DNA from: Ancylonema sp.
Lineage: Eukaryota
DNA: 52,181 nucleotides
Direction of reading: 5' to 3'
NCBI GenBank assembly: GCA_050230475.1
Contig: JBFLGF010000184.1
Span: 1 to 52,181 of the forward strand
Of the stretch, positions 1 through 14,091 are shown one piece after another. Made by a program: the position numbers and the translations under genes. Each line of letters opens with the position of its first letter. The first letter of the stretch is position 1. The notes below the pieces were generated by a model that searched no databases, had not been told where the DNA came from, and saw only the letters and a program-made list of their open reading frames with translations.

Positions 1-254
1 GGTGCTTTCGGACTACTCTTATAGCGAGAGCTTCTAGAGTAACTCTTCCCCGGTTTACACACAAGGCTGGCTATAACGGTTGAAAGCACTCGTTATACCG
101 AACGATGCCAAATACTACGACAATACGACCATATGCCTTCATACAACCAACTTCATGAGAAATATGAACTCGCCTTCATCCAAATATTTGTGAAATCACT
201 AAAATTCATTTCTCATGGCTAGATGAAACCACCCATGGCTATTGGTGGATGAAT

Positions 255-778
255 CACAGTTGGCCCCGCCCCGGGAGGAAGATTTTTCGCCCGGGTCGCC
301 GCCTGGGGCGAGCCCGCCCGGGGCGGAACCACAGGCTTAAAAAAAAAAAAAAAAAAAAAAAACCGCAATGCGGAGATATAGTCGGTTTCGTTCAAAACCG
401 ACTTCTTGAAGAGTGTGCGCCATACGTATCACGTCCGATATATTTAATGTCACCCATGAGTCCGACTCCGTAGCGTCGCGTGGTAAAATGCGATAAAAAT
501 AAAAAGTCAAAAATAAAACTTGAGATATAGAAAACAACATTACAAAGGTAAATATGGCAGGCGTACTTAGTGTTATATATAACATCTCGAATACTAGTCG
601 GATTTGTTTTTTTCAAAAAAGTACATGATCTACGTGGTCTTGAGATCCTTTTTCAAAAAACCTACAAAACGCCTGTAGCTGCGCCCCGGGCGGAAGATTC
701 TCCGCCCGGGGCGCCGCCCGGGGCAGGCCCGGCCGGGGCGGAAAGTAAGGCTGGATTTGCGGGGCGGAGGCAACTATG
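255..778. mobile_element. Non-autonomous hAT-type MITE (CAYAGTTG TIR family, GC-rich CGCCCGGGG subterminal repeats)
   Basis: Imperfect TIRs CACAGTTGGCCCCGCCCCG / CGGGGCGGAGGCAACTATG. Exact 8-bp TSD GGATGAAT at 247-254 and 779-786. Confidence 0.9.
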
Positions 779-2084
779 GGATGAATGTATGTCAAATTAC
801 ACTCTATCGATATTCAAGATCAACAAATGATGTTCAACCCCTTTCATCATCAACATTCGTAATGGAACACGTTTGAATGCAACGCTGGAGCGATACAAAC
901 ATTATTTTTATGTATTGAACTGAATCAAAATCAACTCAACGCGCACCACGCAACGGCATAAAAATATAACAGAGCTTGTTAGCAGATATGATTTAAAGCA
1001 AACGACCACCTGCAATTGTATTGCTCGGAAGTAGATTGTGGTTACATTGGCAACGCAAGATGCCACAAGTCAACTTCGGTTCTAAAGGAGAAATGAGTAG
1101 CAGTATAATTGTTATACTCCAAATAAAAACCTTAATAGTGCCGCAGGCCACATAATGAGACATGCCGAGTTTCATATGACACTAAACGTGGTGAAAAAAA
1201 TCATTTAGGCGACCCTCGTATAGGCGACCCTCGTCTCGTCCAATCCTGGTTCAAATGCAAACCTTGTCCCTATTCCTTTGAATGTTCTCCACTTCACCAC
1301 AACAAGTATAGTTGTTACTTTTGCATCTCGCTTCTTCAAGCAAAACTTACGATTGGTTTCCTTTACTCTTGATGTTTCCTAAGGGGACGTCCTTGAAACG
1401 ACCTCCTAACCACGACAAACTCTTGTACACCCAAGCGCCTCTACAAAGCGGCACCACCCTTCCACATATGGTAATCACCGATCACTCCATAATCGCTTAT
1501 GCGAACAACCGTACAAGGACTCTGTCCGAGAGTTTTTTTCGGTAGAAAGCATTGTAAATGTTTCCACAATATTTCAATATCAAGATGTCCAACAACACAA
1601 TGCAAGGCGGTTCTATCATGAGTTATGACCCGGCCTAATCCGTCAGGAAATTCCGATCCGTTGACGATCCGGATCGGGCCTAATACGGATCGGATTGTGA
1701 TTGGCCCCGTGGGATCAATTAGCAATGATGATAATCAAATCACATCTTACTTTATCTTGTTTCCTCTCAAACCACTTCCCAATTGGAGATCGTTGTCATT
1801 ACATTAACGGTGTTCCAATAGTAAAATGCCACAAAACCTAAGACTTTGGCATCACTTACCTCCTTATCTATGAACTCGCTAGATGGCTGAACCTTGATGC
1901 CGCTAAGCCATTGGACTAAATCGGCATTCAATTTTGTAGCGCGGATCGCCCATCAGCAAGTATCAAGTAAGTTCCGCAGTCAAACGACACTAAAAATGGT
2001 ATCAACCTGATATCATTACCAAGCGGCTAACATTGGTGCATGTTCTAATGGCTATCAACGCAATGGTGGGCCTATATGACAATA

Positions 2085-2685
2085 CCGTACCAGCCAGAGA
2101 TAACGCGCCAAATAATAATTGTCATTTTGACCGGCGCACACGGTTTTGGCGCGTACTAATATGAATTATTTTGACCACGCTAGCGCACCCTAGTGGCGCA
2201 AATAAACAATTAAAATCGAGGAAATTTTGGCGCAACAATATTATTTAGCGAATATTCTGACCTCGCATCGAAAATCAAATTTCAATTATTACTATGTCGA
2301 GAGGTGCTTGTAATGAAGAATAGGTCCACGCCCCCGGGCTTCGAGCTGTGGAACCCCAGGCTCGTGTACGGAGTGCGGTTTTTGGCCCATTTTGGAAGGT
2401 CGTTGGGATCGAAGAGCCCAGCGAGGATCAAAGAGCCCAGAACCCGAGGGTTGAAAGCTCCCTTATGTCCCCATATAATGGCGCAAATTGGATTACATCA
2501 TATGAATTAATAAGGAAAACACCTGGCGCAACTATTTTTTGGATCATTTTTATTAATTAAATTTTGCCCGGCGCACACTCTTGGCGCGTACTAATTAATT
2601 CAAATTTGGCCGGCGGAACTGTTTGGAGCCTACTATAAATAATTAATTTTCCGATTTGCTGGTGCGTTATCTCTGGCTGGTACGG
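2085..2685. mobile_element. Tc1/mariner/pogo-type MITE (CCGTA.. family), copy 1
   Basis: TIR CCGTACCAGCCAGAGATAACGC / GCGTTATCTCTGGCTGGTACGG flanked by TA on both sides. Internal TTGGCGC repeats. Homologous to 11000-11552. Confidence 0.9.
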
Positions 2686-3940
2686 TAAGTGGTCGAACTC
2701 CTTGTGCACTGCTAATGAATTCTCTAGCGAAGCCACAATTTGGTGTACCGGATCGCTTGTTGTAGGAAATTTCGATTGGAGGAGCTAGACCCGTACGATC
2801 AAGATTAAACATGTGTTAATCTCTCTAGCGATTTAGATGATGAAGATTTGGATATTGAAGTATAGCTATTATAACATTGTAGCTCAAGGAGTACAACGCT
2901 AATGATGAGCAAGATAAAACAACAAACGTTTCGTACATTAATGTGTGTGGAGTAACCTTTGAGAATCTTTGTGTGGAATACGCCCCTACAAATCAGAATG
3001 AGACTGACAACAACATTTTATTTGACATCAAGCATCATATCAATATATGCAAACAACGGGATGTGAAGTGTTGCAATAGCATTTTCTAAAGTGCTAGCTT
3101 AAACTTGACCAACTACCTGCCAAACAATCTCCAAGCATCCTTCTTGAAGTATGCACACACAATTGGAATTGCAAGTATGCAAAATTTGCTCGCAAATGCT
3201 CATTCTTATGCTTTATACTCGCTAGTGTAGTACAGCATGCTATTTTTTCATGCACTTGTCTTGTAGCGAATTCCGCCTCTCACTCAATTGTGTCACAATC
3301 ACGCGTCACCCTCCAAAGTGGACCATGTACATGCAATACACATATACACATACAAAATATGCATATTTGCATAGAAGATCGGTTGGTTTCGACAATGAGT
3401 GCTATTGCACTCAAGAAGAAAGCGCACGAAACCTAAAGCGTTTCTCTTGAGGGGAAAAAAAGAGTAGTTGAGCTAATAGGTCATGCCAGACTCCGGAAAT
3501 CAGCAAGTCTGAAGTAGTGGCCTGGCATAAGTGTAGGCGCTAGTGTCATTGACAACCAAAAATGGGTACTTCTATTAGCACGCATACAGCGAGCACTCTG
3601 TCCAATTGTATTCTTAAAAAAAAAGTTTGACACGTGTCCTCCTGGTGTCACAGCAAGCTTTTGCCGGGGTGTGAGGAACAGATTGACTACACCTGAGAAA
3701 GAAAGAAGCACCAATGAGAATGCGGGACTTTTGGTGGCACCAGTCTGATACATCAACTATGGCCAGACCGCATCCCATGTATAGCATTTTGCGAATGCAC
3801 TGATATCCCACCTCTTGTTCTATACTGAATCAAGAGCAAATCGGGAGCAGCAAACAGAATTTGGGATTGACTTGGTTCGTACCGACAATCGACATGATTG
3901 CAGGCAGTGACCAGGCAGTGTGCGAGCAGTTTCTCAATCC

Positions 3941-5747
3941 TCAGATTCCACCCACCAACTGGATTTTTGTCTTAGATTGCTCTCCCCCCTCTTGTAACTT
4001 CTGCTCTTTCTCTGAGTTCGCAACGACGGGGAGGGCCACCGAGTCCGGCTGCTCATCACCTCTGTTATTGAATGGTGGTGCACACTCCAGAGGTGATAGG
4101 GTCGCACCCTCATCCCGGGAGAGCTCCTCGTTGTCTGTGTCGACCTGAGGGGCCAACTCTTCTGCAGGATTCGCAGCTCCCATTTCATCCGCTGCCCGCT
4201 TCCGCTGAGGACCCGCAGCCAGCAGAGCTTTGGGCCAATCACGACTCTCCAGATACCGCAACAGGATTTCCATCACCTGGTTCACCGTCAGAACCTGCAA
4301 ATGAGACCACGTGTACCCTCGTTTGAACAGAGAACCAGCAAGAGGTACTGACACCACACCTCACACCATCACAGTCTGACCTGCCACCTCAGCAACTGCG
4401 GTCACCATTCTCTGTGAAATACAGCAGAACGATGGAATCAGGTCAGCTGAGCCCATTGCTTACGACTAATGTAATCAATATGTGCAGAATTTGAAGGACG
4501 CGTTCACCCACAGAGCATTGTATATGTGGTAGGTGGAGATGACACAGACCAGGCACTGCATGCTTGGATGTTTATGAGGCTAATACCTTCACAAACTGAG
4601 AAAAAAGATGGACCCCTTCGGAACATACTGAAATCCTTGCGATAACTGCCAATACATTGTACGAAAACGAATTTCACTTACTTGAGACGACAGGAGTTTC
4701 ATATGCTGTCCGATTGGTAACTTCCCATGTGCTATTCCCTGCTCCCGAGCCTTCTTCAGTGTGACATCTTTATACCGGTTGCGATCAACCAAGCCACCAA
4801 TAATGTAGATCTTGTCACTTTCCAGGTCCTCAATCAGATTATCCGAATCTGCGGTGAGATACACTAGGTTGCCTTTTTGCTCCGCAAAGACATCCAAGTA
4901 AGACTCGGAAGACTTGTGGATCCGCCAATTTTCGAAACCCGATATTTTTTGCATCTCCTCTGAGACCTCTCCCTTGCAGCCAGTGAGTGTGAGGCGGCAG
5001 GAATGCTCGGCTCTGTTGTTGGCCGCATAGCAGTACATAACCTGCAATCAGGAAGAATTGACAAAAAATGTGAAAAAAACCAGGCTCTCAGACACTTAAT
5101 TTCCAAGCTCTTCTGTACACTCTTGAAACGTTGAAATGTGCTTCTCTCTATAAGTAGTGCGTAAGCCTACAAGAATGATATTCCTAAAATGTGAAAATTA
5201 TAACGCTAAATAAAGCTCCGTAAGAAAACGTAGGAGTAAATATAGTAAATTGCGTGAGTACCTGCTGTGCAAGGCTCTTGACGTCCCGAGGCCGCATCAT
5301 TGGCCCGAAGTCAAGATCCAACACCACATTGTGGTTTGCCTCCAAAGCCTGTGCTAGCCGCTCCTTCCTAGTACCGGAAACTAAAAATCGGTCTTTCCGA
5401 GACTCTCTGACTTCTTTCTCTTTCTCCAGCCTTTCCTCGGGAGTCATCTCTGCAAACTCCCTTTCCCTCTCTGCCTTCCTCAGAGCAACTTTAGCTTTCC
5501 GCATCTCCTTCTCATCCTCTCTTCGTGCTATCTTCCTCTCTTCCAGGAACTTCTGTTTCGCTAAACGCTTTAGCGCATTTTTTGACAGCTGTGGCTGAGG
5601 CACAGAATGGGCCGAGACTTCTGGAACAGTCGCTTCACCATTTTCGCCCCGTATTTCAGCGCCACAACCCGGGGTAGCATCACGCTCAGAAAATTCCTCC
5701 CGGTTGACATTCTCCGAATTTGATGGCACCGTATTTGCCTCCGCCAT
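3941..5747 (-). CDS. TRM10: tRNA (guanine(9)-N1)-methyltransferase, Trm10/TRMT10 family (SPOUT); 3 exons, ~399 aa
   Basis: Exons 5747-5262, 5041-4682 and 4294-3941 are joined by phase-0 GT-AG introns. Motifs LSKNALKRLAK, VVLDLDF, LVYLTADS, YIIGGLVDRNRYK, KLPIG and VLTVNQVMEILL..DW.KA match Trm10. Confidence 0.93.
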
Positions 5748-6135
5748 CGAGAAATAAAACAATGCTCGGTGTCGCAAACACTGCAGACTCCGCTACAGTG
5801 CCTTGATTTTGTCAACTCTAGCTGTGATTAACCCCACTCGCGTGCTTAGGGAACTCCTAAATGCGCAGAAACGCTGGAGCTACACAAACGTCTCCCACAT
5901 TCAACATCCAGGGAACACACTCACTCCTATGCACAGCAGAATACAAACCCGCGAACGCCGAAGGAATTTTGTCGTCCACAACAGATAAACACGTCCGTCA
6001 AATTTTCCCGCCAGGCGGTGCCCCCGGGCGAATTGGTTGGGAGAAGGGCGGGGAAGACCCGTTTGCTGGACGTTCGTAGGGCAGGGCTAGGTTTTTAGGC
6101 CCTGCGACTACCGGCGGTAATCAAAAGTATAAGTA

Positions 6136-7068
6136 CAAGGCTCCCTCGAAATGAGGACCCTCTTTATCAGGACAACCTCGATATCAGGACAGAATTTTAG
6201 ACCTTTTTAACATCAATACAAAATCGCCCTCGATATAAGCATGACGACATTCGGTGTACAAACAAATTATGTCAAAAAATTGTTAATGTGTATAGAACAC
6301 TGTTTCTCGCATATAATGAATGATATATGGAAATCGATAAATATATGGAATCCAAAAATGTCAAGATGACGTCGATACAAGTGATGAAAATTATGGGTGC
6401 AAACTAATATTCAATTTTCAACGTTTCTTTCATGCAATTTAGGGTCAAATCATGTTGATAGTGGTATGTGTGTCCGTGTGTTATGCCATATTGAAAGTTG
6501 TTGCTGACATTCTTGTAATGTAGTTCAAAACACGAACATGTACACAAAGGATTTGGATTGGTTTGGTTTGTTGGAATGTATAAGACTTTTATGTATTTTG
6601 TTTACGGCTCACAATTCGGAACATATGTAGTTCTCTTCATGACAAGTATTGGTTTTGTCTCGCCTTTCAATAACTGTCCATGTTGTTCATGACCATAGTG
6701 CTTACTCCATGTCCAACAAAATATGCGATAACTTTGTTGCTTAGTACGACCTTGAATACTCCCCAACTGTCCTGATCAAGTTGGTTAATTATATTTTGCT
6801 AGTCGCAATCTATTGGTCTCATTACGCACTTGTATAGCTTGCATCACAAAATCCACGCTGAATTGGATGATGATGCCAAGGCAACTTACTATAGGCAACA
6901 TGTAAACAACATAATTGCTTATTTACTTTGCTTCATTCACGAAGTCCCTCGATACAAGGACACATTTTGTAATCCAGTAGTGAATGTCCTTATACATTGT
7001 ATAAGGAAACCTCGGTAAAAAGACCTTTTTTATGAATGTTTTTTCGTCCTTATATCGAGGGAGCAATA
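6136..7068. mobile_element. Degenerate pogo/Tigger-like non-autonomous element
   Basis: Imperfect TIRs CAAGGCTCCCTCGAAATGAGGAC / GTCCTTATATCGAGGGAGCAATA flanked by TA. Internal CCTCGATA repeats. Confidence 0.7.
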
Positions 7069-7586
7069 TAGTACCAAACCTTAATAATAATGATAAATCA
7101 TAAGAGATGTAATTTTTGGCGTAAAAATTACGTTGATCAAAGTGGTCGATTACTGCGGATGCGCTTGAGAAATCCTGGACATGTAACGTGCTTTTCGATC
7201 ATAAACTTCACCACCATCTTAAAATACGGATATGATGTCTAAAGAATCCCAATCATGGCAAGTTTTTAGAACACCGATCAAGGGTAGTCCACATCGACAT
7301 TGAATGAGTGCCCATACATGCAATACACAAAATTTAATGTGTCTTTAGAAGCTACACCTAACCATACATAAGTTTATTTTCTTGCGACATAACTCCACGA
7401 ATAAGTGTCAATGGATGGTTGTTTTGCATCACACCATATACGGAAGATCTTCACAAGTCAAGTGAACCCTTCAAAAAAAAAACACGCATCTTTTGCCTTT
7501 GAATACTCGTGCCTTCACATTGACAAGATAAGAAAACTTAAAATCAACCTTTTTGAGTCAATAAAATTTATCCACATGACATACAT

Positions 7587-8474
7587 CATAGTTGCACGGA
7601 CTCCGAACCGTTTCCGGACCGGATCTTAGATGGAACCGGTTCCGACAAAAGTGGCCGCGGTTCGGAACCGGAGGATTTTGAGGGGGGTTGTATGGCACGG
7701 AAAAAAATCCAATTTTTTTTTTTTGTTGTGTATAGCTCGTCATGCTCAAAATCTAAAAATGATAACCATTGTAAACAAACTAATTTTTTTTTCCGCATGA
7801 GTACACTCTCATGATTTCTAGTGCATTTGTGTGTTTTGCTCGCTTCTCTGCAAACTGTGTTTCTATTTATGAACAAGTAGTTGAATGAAATGTGTGTTTT
7901 TTTTATATAATGATGATCGTATGATCATCTCCGTTCCGCATACATTTCTGTATTCCCGTTTTCGTGTCATACTTCCATGTGAAAATGTTGCAAGAAGATG
8001 TTTGTACCCGTAGTATAATGGCACTTGACATATGCTTCAACCTACCATGTAAGTTCTATTTCAAATTGTGCTCTTAAATCTCTAACACTACTTGTAAGAC
8101 TATAGTGTTATCTTCTACCTTCCACATCCCTTGCTTGCTACTCCAAAGCCGGATGTGTGTGCAGGTGGTGTTTTCGGCCAATGAAATTGCACCACATCCT
8201 GCCACGGCGCGAAAGAAAGCATATCAAAACTTGCAATGGCTGCGCCATATTTTTTGATGAAATATTCAACAATATTAGCGTCTGAAAGTGACGTGGAGTC
8301 ACCAACATAACATGTACAACGATTATATTTCGCGCGTACATTTCTTGGGAGGGAAAAAACGTCATTCAACGGGGTGGAGGGAAACCCTAAAAATCACCGG
8401 TTTGTCCGGTTGTGGAATGGTTCCATCTCGGAACCGGTCACTCAATTAAAAAACAGCCGGTTCGTGCAACTATG
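7587..8474. mobile_element. Non-autonomous hAT-type element (CATAGTTG TIR, GGAACCGG subterminal repeats)
   Basis: TIRs CATAGTTGCACG / CGTGCAACTATG. Exact 8-bp TSD ACATACAT at 7579-7586 and 8475-8482. Confidence 0.92.
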
Positions 8475-8686
8475 ACATACATCGATGCTACACCGGATTG
8501 ACGTGACCATAATATACTCTATGTTCAAATTATATGACAAAACTTACGTGTCTTGTCATTCGATTGATAGTACATGAACAGTCGACGTTTTCATGCACAA
8601 CGATAGTGATTGTTGGTGCCCTCATTTATGAGAGTTGTCACGATGATTTTTTTATCCGACATGCTAAAAACCGTGCTACAATGGTT

Positions 8687-9600
8687 CATAGTTGCACCGG
8701 GACCGGGCCGGTATTCCGGACGGCACGTTTGCATTACGGGGCCGAGAGCAATTTGTCGTTATTGGCAAATGCAAACGTCGTACATTTGCTCGCATACGGC
8801 CGAAATACGTCCGTGAATTTCGGCAAACGTGTACGGATTGTACGGATGCGTTTGCGATCGCAAACTTTAAGAGTACGTCCGTGAAATGCGGCAAACGTGA
8901 ACAGATTGCACGGATGCAAACATTAGCTATCGCAACTATTTGCGTGTAGTTTTTCTGTTTTCTTTTCAATCTGTTCATCAAATGAAATAAACCATATTGT
9001 TCTACCTCTTTCCCAACACCATGTTGTGCGAAATAGTTCCTTGATTATTGTTATTATCAACTTGCTAGAGAGCATTGTAGTGCTAGTGTAGCTGCAAATA
9101 CCCCTCTCGTCGAACGAGTTACAGACTAGTGATGGATAGTCCTAGGGAAGATTCTCCTTTGTGGACAATTCTTTTTGAATGTATATCCCACCATGTTTAA
9201 TATATCAAAGTCTCATGGAATCACTTAAGGCATGTGTTTTTTTCATTTGAGTAGTTATTCATACTAACCATTATTCATTGTGACTAAAGACCACGGTGAA
9301 GACGAAGATCGTTCGAGCTATACGAAGGTGCGACGGAAGTTTCACATTAAAATGGTTACGTTTTAATGGTAAACGTCATGAACCAATGATGAGTAGTATT
9401 GCATACTTTCGTACTACAGTTACCGAAAGTTTACTCTAGAGGAAATGAAGAAATACGCTGCAATCGTTTGCAAACCGTTTGCAAATGCAAACGATTTGCA
9501 AACGCCGTTTGGAAATTTCCGTTTAATTTCCGCAGGAACGCCGGACGAACGCGTTTGCAATACGGCGTTTGCAGGTTTTTTTGCCGTCCCGGCAACTATG
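8687..9600. mobile_element. Non-autonomous hAT-type element (CATAGTTG TIR, CGTTTGC/GCAAACG subterminal repeats)
   Basis: TIRs CATAGTTGC / GCAACTATG. 8-bp TSD CAATGGTT (8679-8686) versus CAAGGGTT (9601-9608), one mismatch. Confidence 0.88.
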
Positions 9601-10999
9601 CAAGGGTTTACACAATTTCAATCATGGCCTCATCATGAACCGGAAGATAAAAATAAAAAAGAATGACGACTGCCCTTACATGACTAGCTGTATAAATCTC
9701 ACTGGCCCCTCATTCTCGACGCGTATCTATTTTTCCAAACGCGAAATCACCGATACTTTAGGCCAAAATAATTGAGCTCAACTTCAACTTCATTTGTATG
9801 TTTTTTTTTTTTTTTTTTTTTTTTTTGGGGTTTGGGTTTTTTTTTGGGGTTCTTGGTTGTCGCGGCCCGCAGGGTGATGCAACGGTGCGCTCGCGCACCG
9901 GTGTGGCACGCGTGCACAAATGTCCGGCACGGTGCGCGGCCAATTTTGTTTTTAATATCTATATATAGGGCACATGGTTTCCGCTCTTTTAACCCCTATG
10001 CCATAATGTTGATAATCAATAGTTACCGGTGTAATCGTTAACCTTCCCCATCCCTGTTAGTAGAGGGTTTCGGGATTTTGATTATCGGGGAGGTGTAGTC
10101 CGCGTTTTTGAGACAAGAATATGCGGGACTCAAAGACTCGGCTGAGCCGATTTAACCCTGTTGTTGTACGAATTATGAGCTATATGGTACATTCTTTCCA
10201 ACTGAATTTATAAAAATAATATAAATGTACGTCATATAGTGACACGTGATATTACCGTGCGTATAGACACGTGTTTTGTTATATGTTGGTTTAGCCACCG
10301 GTGCGCCACAAAAAAAACAATACAGTTTATCAAAACTCGCTTACGACGAGAGTTATTATTATTGCAAATTTGATTGGGTTACATTGTAGCAGTTACACAC
10401 GGAAAGCATACCAAAGTGCCTAGAATTTTAGGATTACAGTTTCGGCACCGATCTTCAACCCATCAACTAAATAACATCCCCACAAATAAGACCTCAAGAG
10501 GCCTACCGAATTCGACGTGGTAATGAACCAATCAATATTGTAGCTTCGAATATTCAAAACGTGGCGAAATGACAATTTAGCCTTCATAAACTTACAACCA
10601 GAAAGGTGCGGCGCGTTTGTTACATTGAAAAAATATGACATGATATGATATGATATACTATGATGATATTTTTATGATTTCCCTCATTAACCCGATCGGA
10701 CTTGATTTTTTCCGAGCCATTTATGATCTAGATCGATGCTCGATCTAGATCGAAAGCGAATAGTTACACGAGATCGCGACCAATTATGACCCGAGCTACC
10801 GATCTTTCACGCACGTCAATTACTAATTTATAAGATAACCTTGAAACATGCTCGTTGCGATGACTTGCATTCCGTTGTGAATTACTTGAAATAATCGGTT
10901 CAAATCCTTTTCACACTAACATATATCATTGTAATATTTTCCATTGACTACTCAAAATTCAAAACGATGCCTTGGTTTCACTTCCCACTTTCCTAGGTA

Positions 11000-11552
11000 C
11001 CGTAGCGGCCAGAGATAATGCGCCAAAAAATAATTAGCAGATTGCCTGGAGCACACGTTTTTGGCGCATACTATATTAATTGGTTTGATCACGCTAGATC
11101 ACCGTTTTGGCGCAAATAAGTAATTCAAATTGACGAAATTTTGGCGCACCAATATAAAATAGCGGAAATTTAAAGTCCACATCTATGACATAATTTCAAT
11201 AACCACTATGGCGAGAGGTGCTTGTTATCAGGGTTTGCTCCACGCCATGGGCTCTAATAAGGTGCGCAACCCCGGGATCGTGTACGAATAGCGGTCGCTG
11301 GGTTCGAGGAGCCCAAAACCCGCGGGTTGAGGGCTTCCTCCTGCCTCTTACTGGGTGGCGCAACTAAACCTGGATCATATTAAATAAAGAGGAAAACCCC
11401 TGAATCTGGATCATTTTTGTTAATTAAATTTTGCTTGGCGCACACTTTTGGCGCGTACTAATTAATTAAAATTTGGTTGGCGCAATTGTTTGGAGCGTAC
11501 TTATAATAATAATGTTTCGGATTTGCTGGCGCATTACCTGTGGCCGCTACGG
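11000..11552. mobile_element. Tc1/mariner/pogo-type MITE (CCGTA.. family), copy 2
   Basis: TIR CCGTAGCGGCCAGAGATAATGCGCCA / TGGCGCATTACCTGTGGCCGCTACGG flanked by TA. Collinear with 2085-2685. Confidence 0.88.
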
Positions 11553-13115
11553 TACACAAATAGAGACAAAAAAACAATAATATACATATAAAATACCTTT
11601 ATTTACCTTAAGGGTATGCATCTAAAATATTGAAACACAAATGTTTAAATCTAAGTAGGACACGGATATCAATCTCTCGACGATTTTCATCCCAAAACCA
11701 TGGAAAGACGTGATTGCGCTCCTTATTTATACCAAGGCCCCTTCAGTCTTTATCAAAATATAGTTAAGGAACCTTAGAATCACTAGGTCCTGATACGAAA
11801 GGCTACATAAGCCGAGTGCCGAGTGCGATCCACAAAGCAAATCATGATACGGGCCTCATCAATGGCTATACAAATCTCTACGAGGACTACCGAAATCAAT
11901 GACCTATACTATTACGAAGCCAACTCGAAGTAATGATTCAACTTCCCAAAAACTTTCCTCTCAAATTGCGTTACCGAAATACACATTTGTTTTTGTTAAA
12001 TTCACGAAAATATAAGGTGAAAGAAAAGCATGTCTTCAACATTTGTAGATGCATTGAGATGGACTCGAAAGAAGCAAGCACATAATTTCGCTTACTCATT
12101 TGTGACTACACAAATGTTAATATTGTTTTAAAAGCATACAGTTTACTAGAATGGTTGACAACCGTGTGTATGCCATGTGAAGGACAACTGGAGAAGAGGA
12201 GGTGACTTCCAAGATTCGGGATCATGCACCACTAACTATGTTGCTAGTTGTCAAACATTATTGAAGTGCCCACATATCTATGAGTGATTTCAAATGATAA
12301 AGACACATAAAATATCACTCTACCACAAGGTCAACAATATCGCACAACACGCACTAAGACGCAATATCAGCGTCTAGTCACATTTACGTTTGCAACACAC
12401 TCAAAACGCACTAGAAGTACGTAAATGGAGTGAATAAGGTAATGGTATTATTATGGTATCATATTATTATTAGTAGGGTATAATTTGTATTCTTTACGTA
12501 GTGGTATTTTCGCTGCCCCTGAGCGTTCGAAACTATGTGAAGAGTTAAGTTGGAGCAACACTTATTAGAAGTCGAGTTCCACACGTCAAACTGTGGTTGC
12601 AAACGCAATTATATTCAATGAGATGGTTTACCATACGCGAAAGGTACATAATACGTGACCCATAAAAGAGCGACATAAAATGGCAGATGGTTTTTAATGG
12701 CGTCACGAATTGTTATATATTACATACACGTAGAACACCATAGGTTTATGACAACAAAAAAAAAAAGTGATATATATTTCAAGATTGTACAGATTGTACA
12801 GATTGTAAGATACTCGATTTGAAGTGGTGCCCTTCTTTATACACCATAAAGCTAAGTAAAGCAAATTATAGCAAAGCTAATTCTTCTGCACGCATAGAGC
12901 TATTATCAATACAATGATGAGTTCGTGTCTACTTCTTCATTTCATCCTCATTACTTTATTTTAGGCAGAGTTGGTGTGATATGTCTCGTAAGTCTCACAA
13001 TATGAGTCGAGGGTGAGTGTGGAGCTAAAAAATACCATTTCGAAGCTATCTTAAAATTCAGTTGTTTGTTTGTTTGCTACGGGCTTTGACCCCAAATATT
13101 CCGCCAAATACCATA

Positions 13116-13376
13116 CTGGGCACCGTAAATGATTTCTGTTTTTTCAAAACGAATTAATTTGTTAATCATTTGTAATAAAGATTCCGGGAATCCGGTAGTT
13201 ATTATTGATGATTTTTGGCAATGATTTCTGGAAGCCTACATACAAAATTCAAAACGAATCCAAAAGTGGCAATAATATCAATGATTTTTGGTTGATGATT
13301 CCGACCTCGTAGGTATTAATATAAATGATTACTTCCGGGTTCCAATAATTAATTATAAATCATTTACGGTGCCCAG
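13116..13376. mobile_element. Tc1/mariner-type MITE
   Basis: Perfect 20-bp TIR CTGGGCACCGTAAATGATTT / AAATCATTTACGGTGCCCAG with TA TSD. Internal AATGATTT repeats. Confidence 0.9.
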
Positions 13377-14091
13377 TACGGTACACGTATTTTTTACCTC
13401 TACGCAGTGGTTACGTATTGCGTATTCCTTTGAAGTGCTTCCTTATTAGTCCACTTAAGATTGAAATGTTGGGATTGCATTCGATCCAAGAAATGAGCCG
13501 TGGACATTGTTACGTCGATCGACATTGTGAGGCGCCGTATGGAGTCAATTGGATGAAAAATAAACTTTTCCTTGCAACACCAATCCGAACCTGTTGCGCA
13601 AGTGATGCTGATTAGCGGCTCCGTGGAGATCAACCGCAGAGATCAAATCGAAAGTGGTGTCATCAGGTTTCCATGCTGGCTTGTGTCGGACGTCGAAATC
13701 CACACGGGACTTGGACGGCACGGATGAAGTCCCACGCGGCACAGCACTACGTACCCTGATTGCCAGTCTCTTGTGTTCCTGTCGATATCGGTCTCGCTGA
13801 TGGTCATAGTAAACAGTTGCCATTTTTTTTCTTCCATCTACACAGCCCCAGAGAGCTTAGTCTATAGTGTGGACTTCACACACACGCACGCTCAGAAAAA
13901 CTGTAACGTCTTCGTCTTGCACCGACGAATTCTTCCCTCGGTTCGGAAAGAGCAGGCGTCGAGTGAATGCTCGGCCTCTCAACTGTGGACACCTGACCTG
14001 GTCGTGGTCGATCACATCAAGAAAGTAGGCATACAACTTCCTTCCGTTTCTCGCCCTTGCATGCAACGGTGTCAGGGAAAGCCCTTCTACG

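Noticed and set aside
1207..1236. Short tandem duplications (TAGGCGACCCTCGT x2; also the 9-mer x3 near 12782 and the 18-mer x2 near 43108) as a CRISPR-like array
   Set aside because: There are no spacers and only 2-3 adjacent copies in eukaryotic DNA; these are simple slippage duplications.
2320..2470. tRNA/SINE-like look of the GC-rich MITE interior (TTCGA motif)
   Set aside because: No cloverleaf and no correctly spaced A/B boxes.
9800..10060. Poly-T tract as a retroelement tail, or CAGGG...CCCTG as hAT ends
   Set aside because: No TSD or identifiable element body was found.
11600..12300. Possible transposase relics (also 900-2050, 2700-3250, 35000-36000)
   Set aside because: Frames are too degraded to assign a family by eye.
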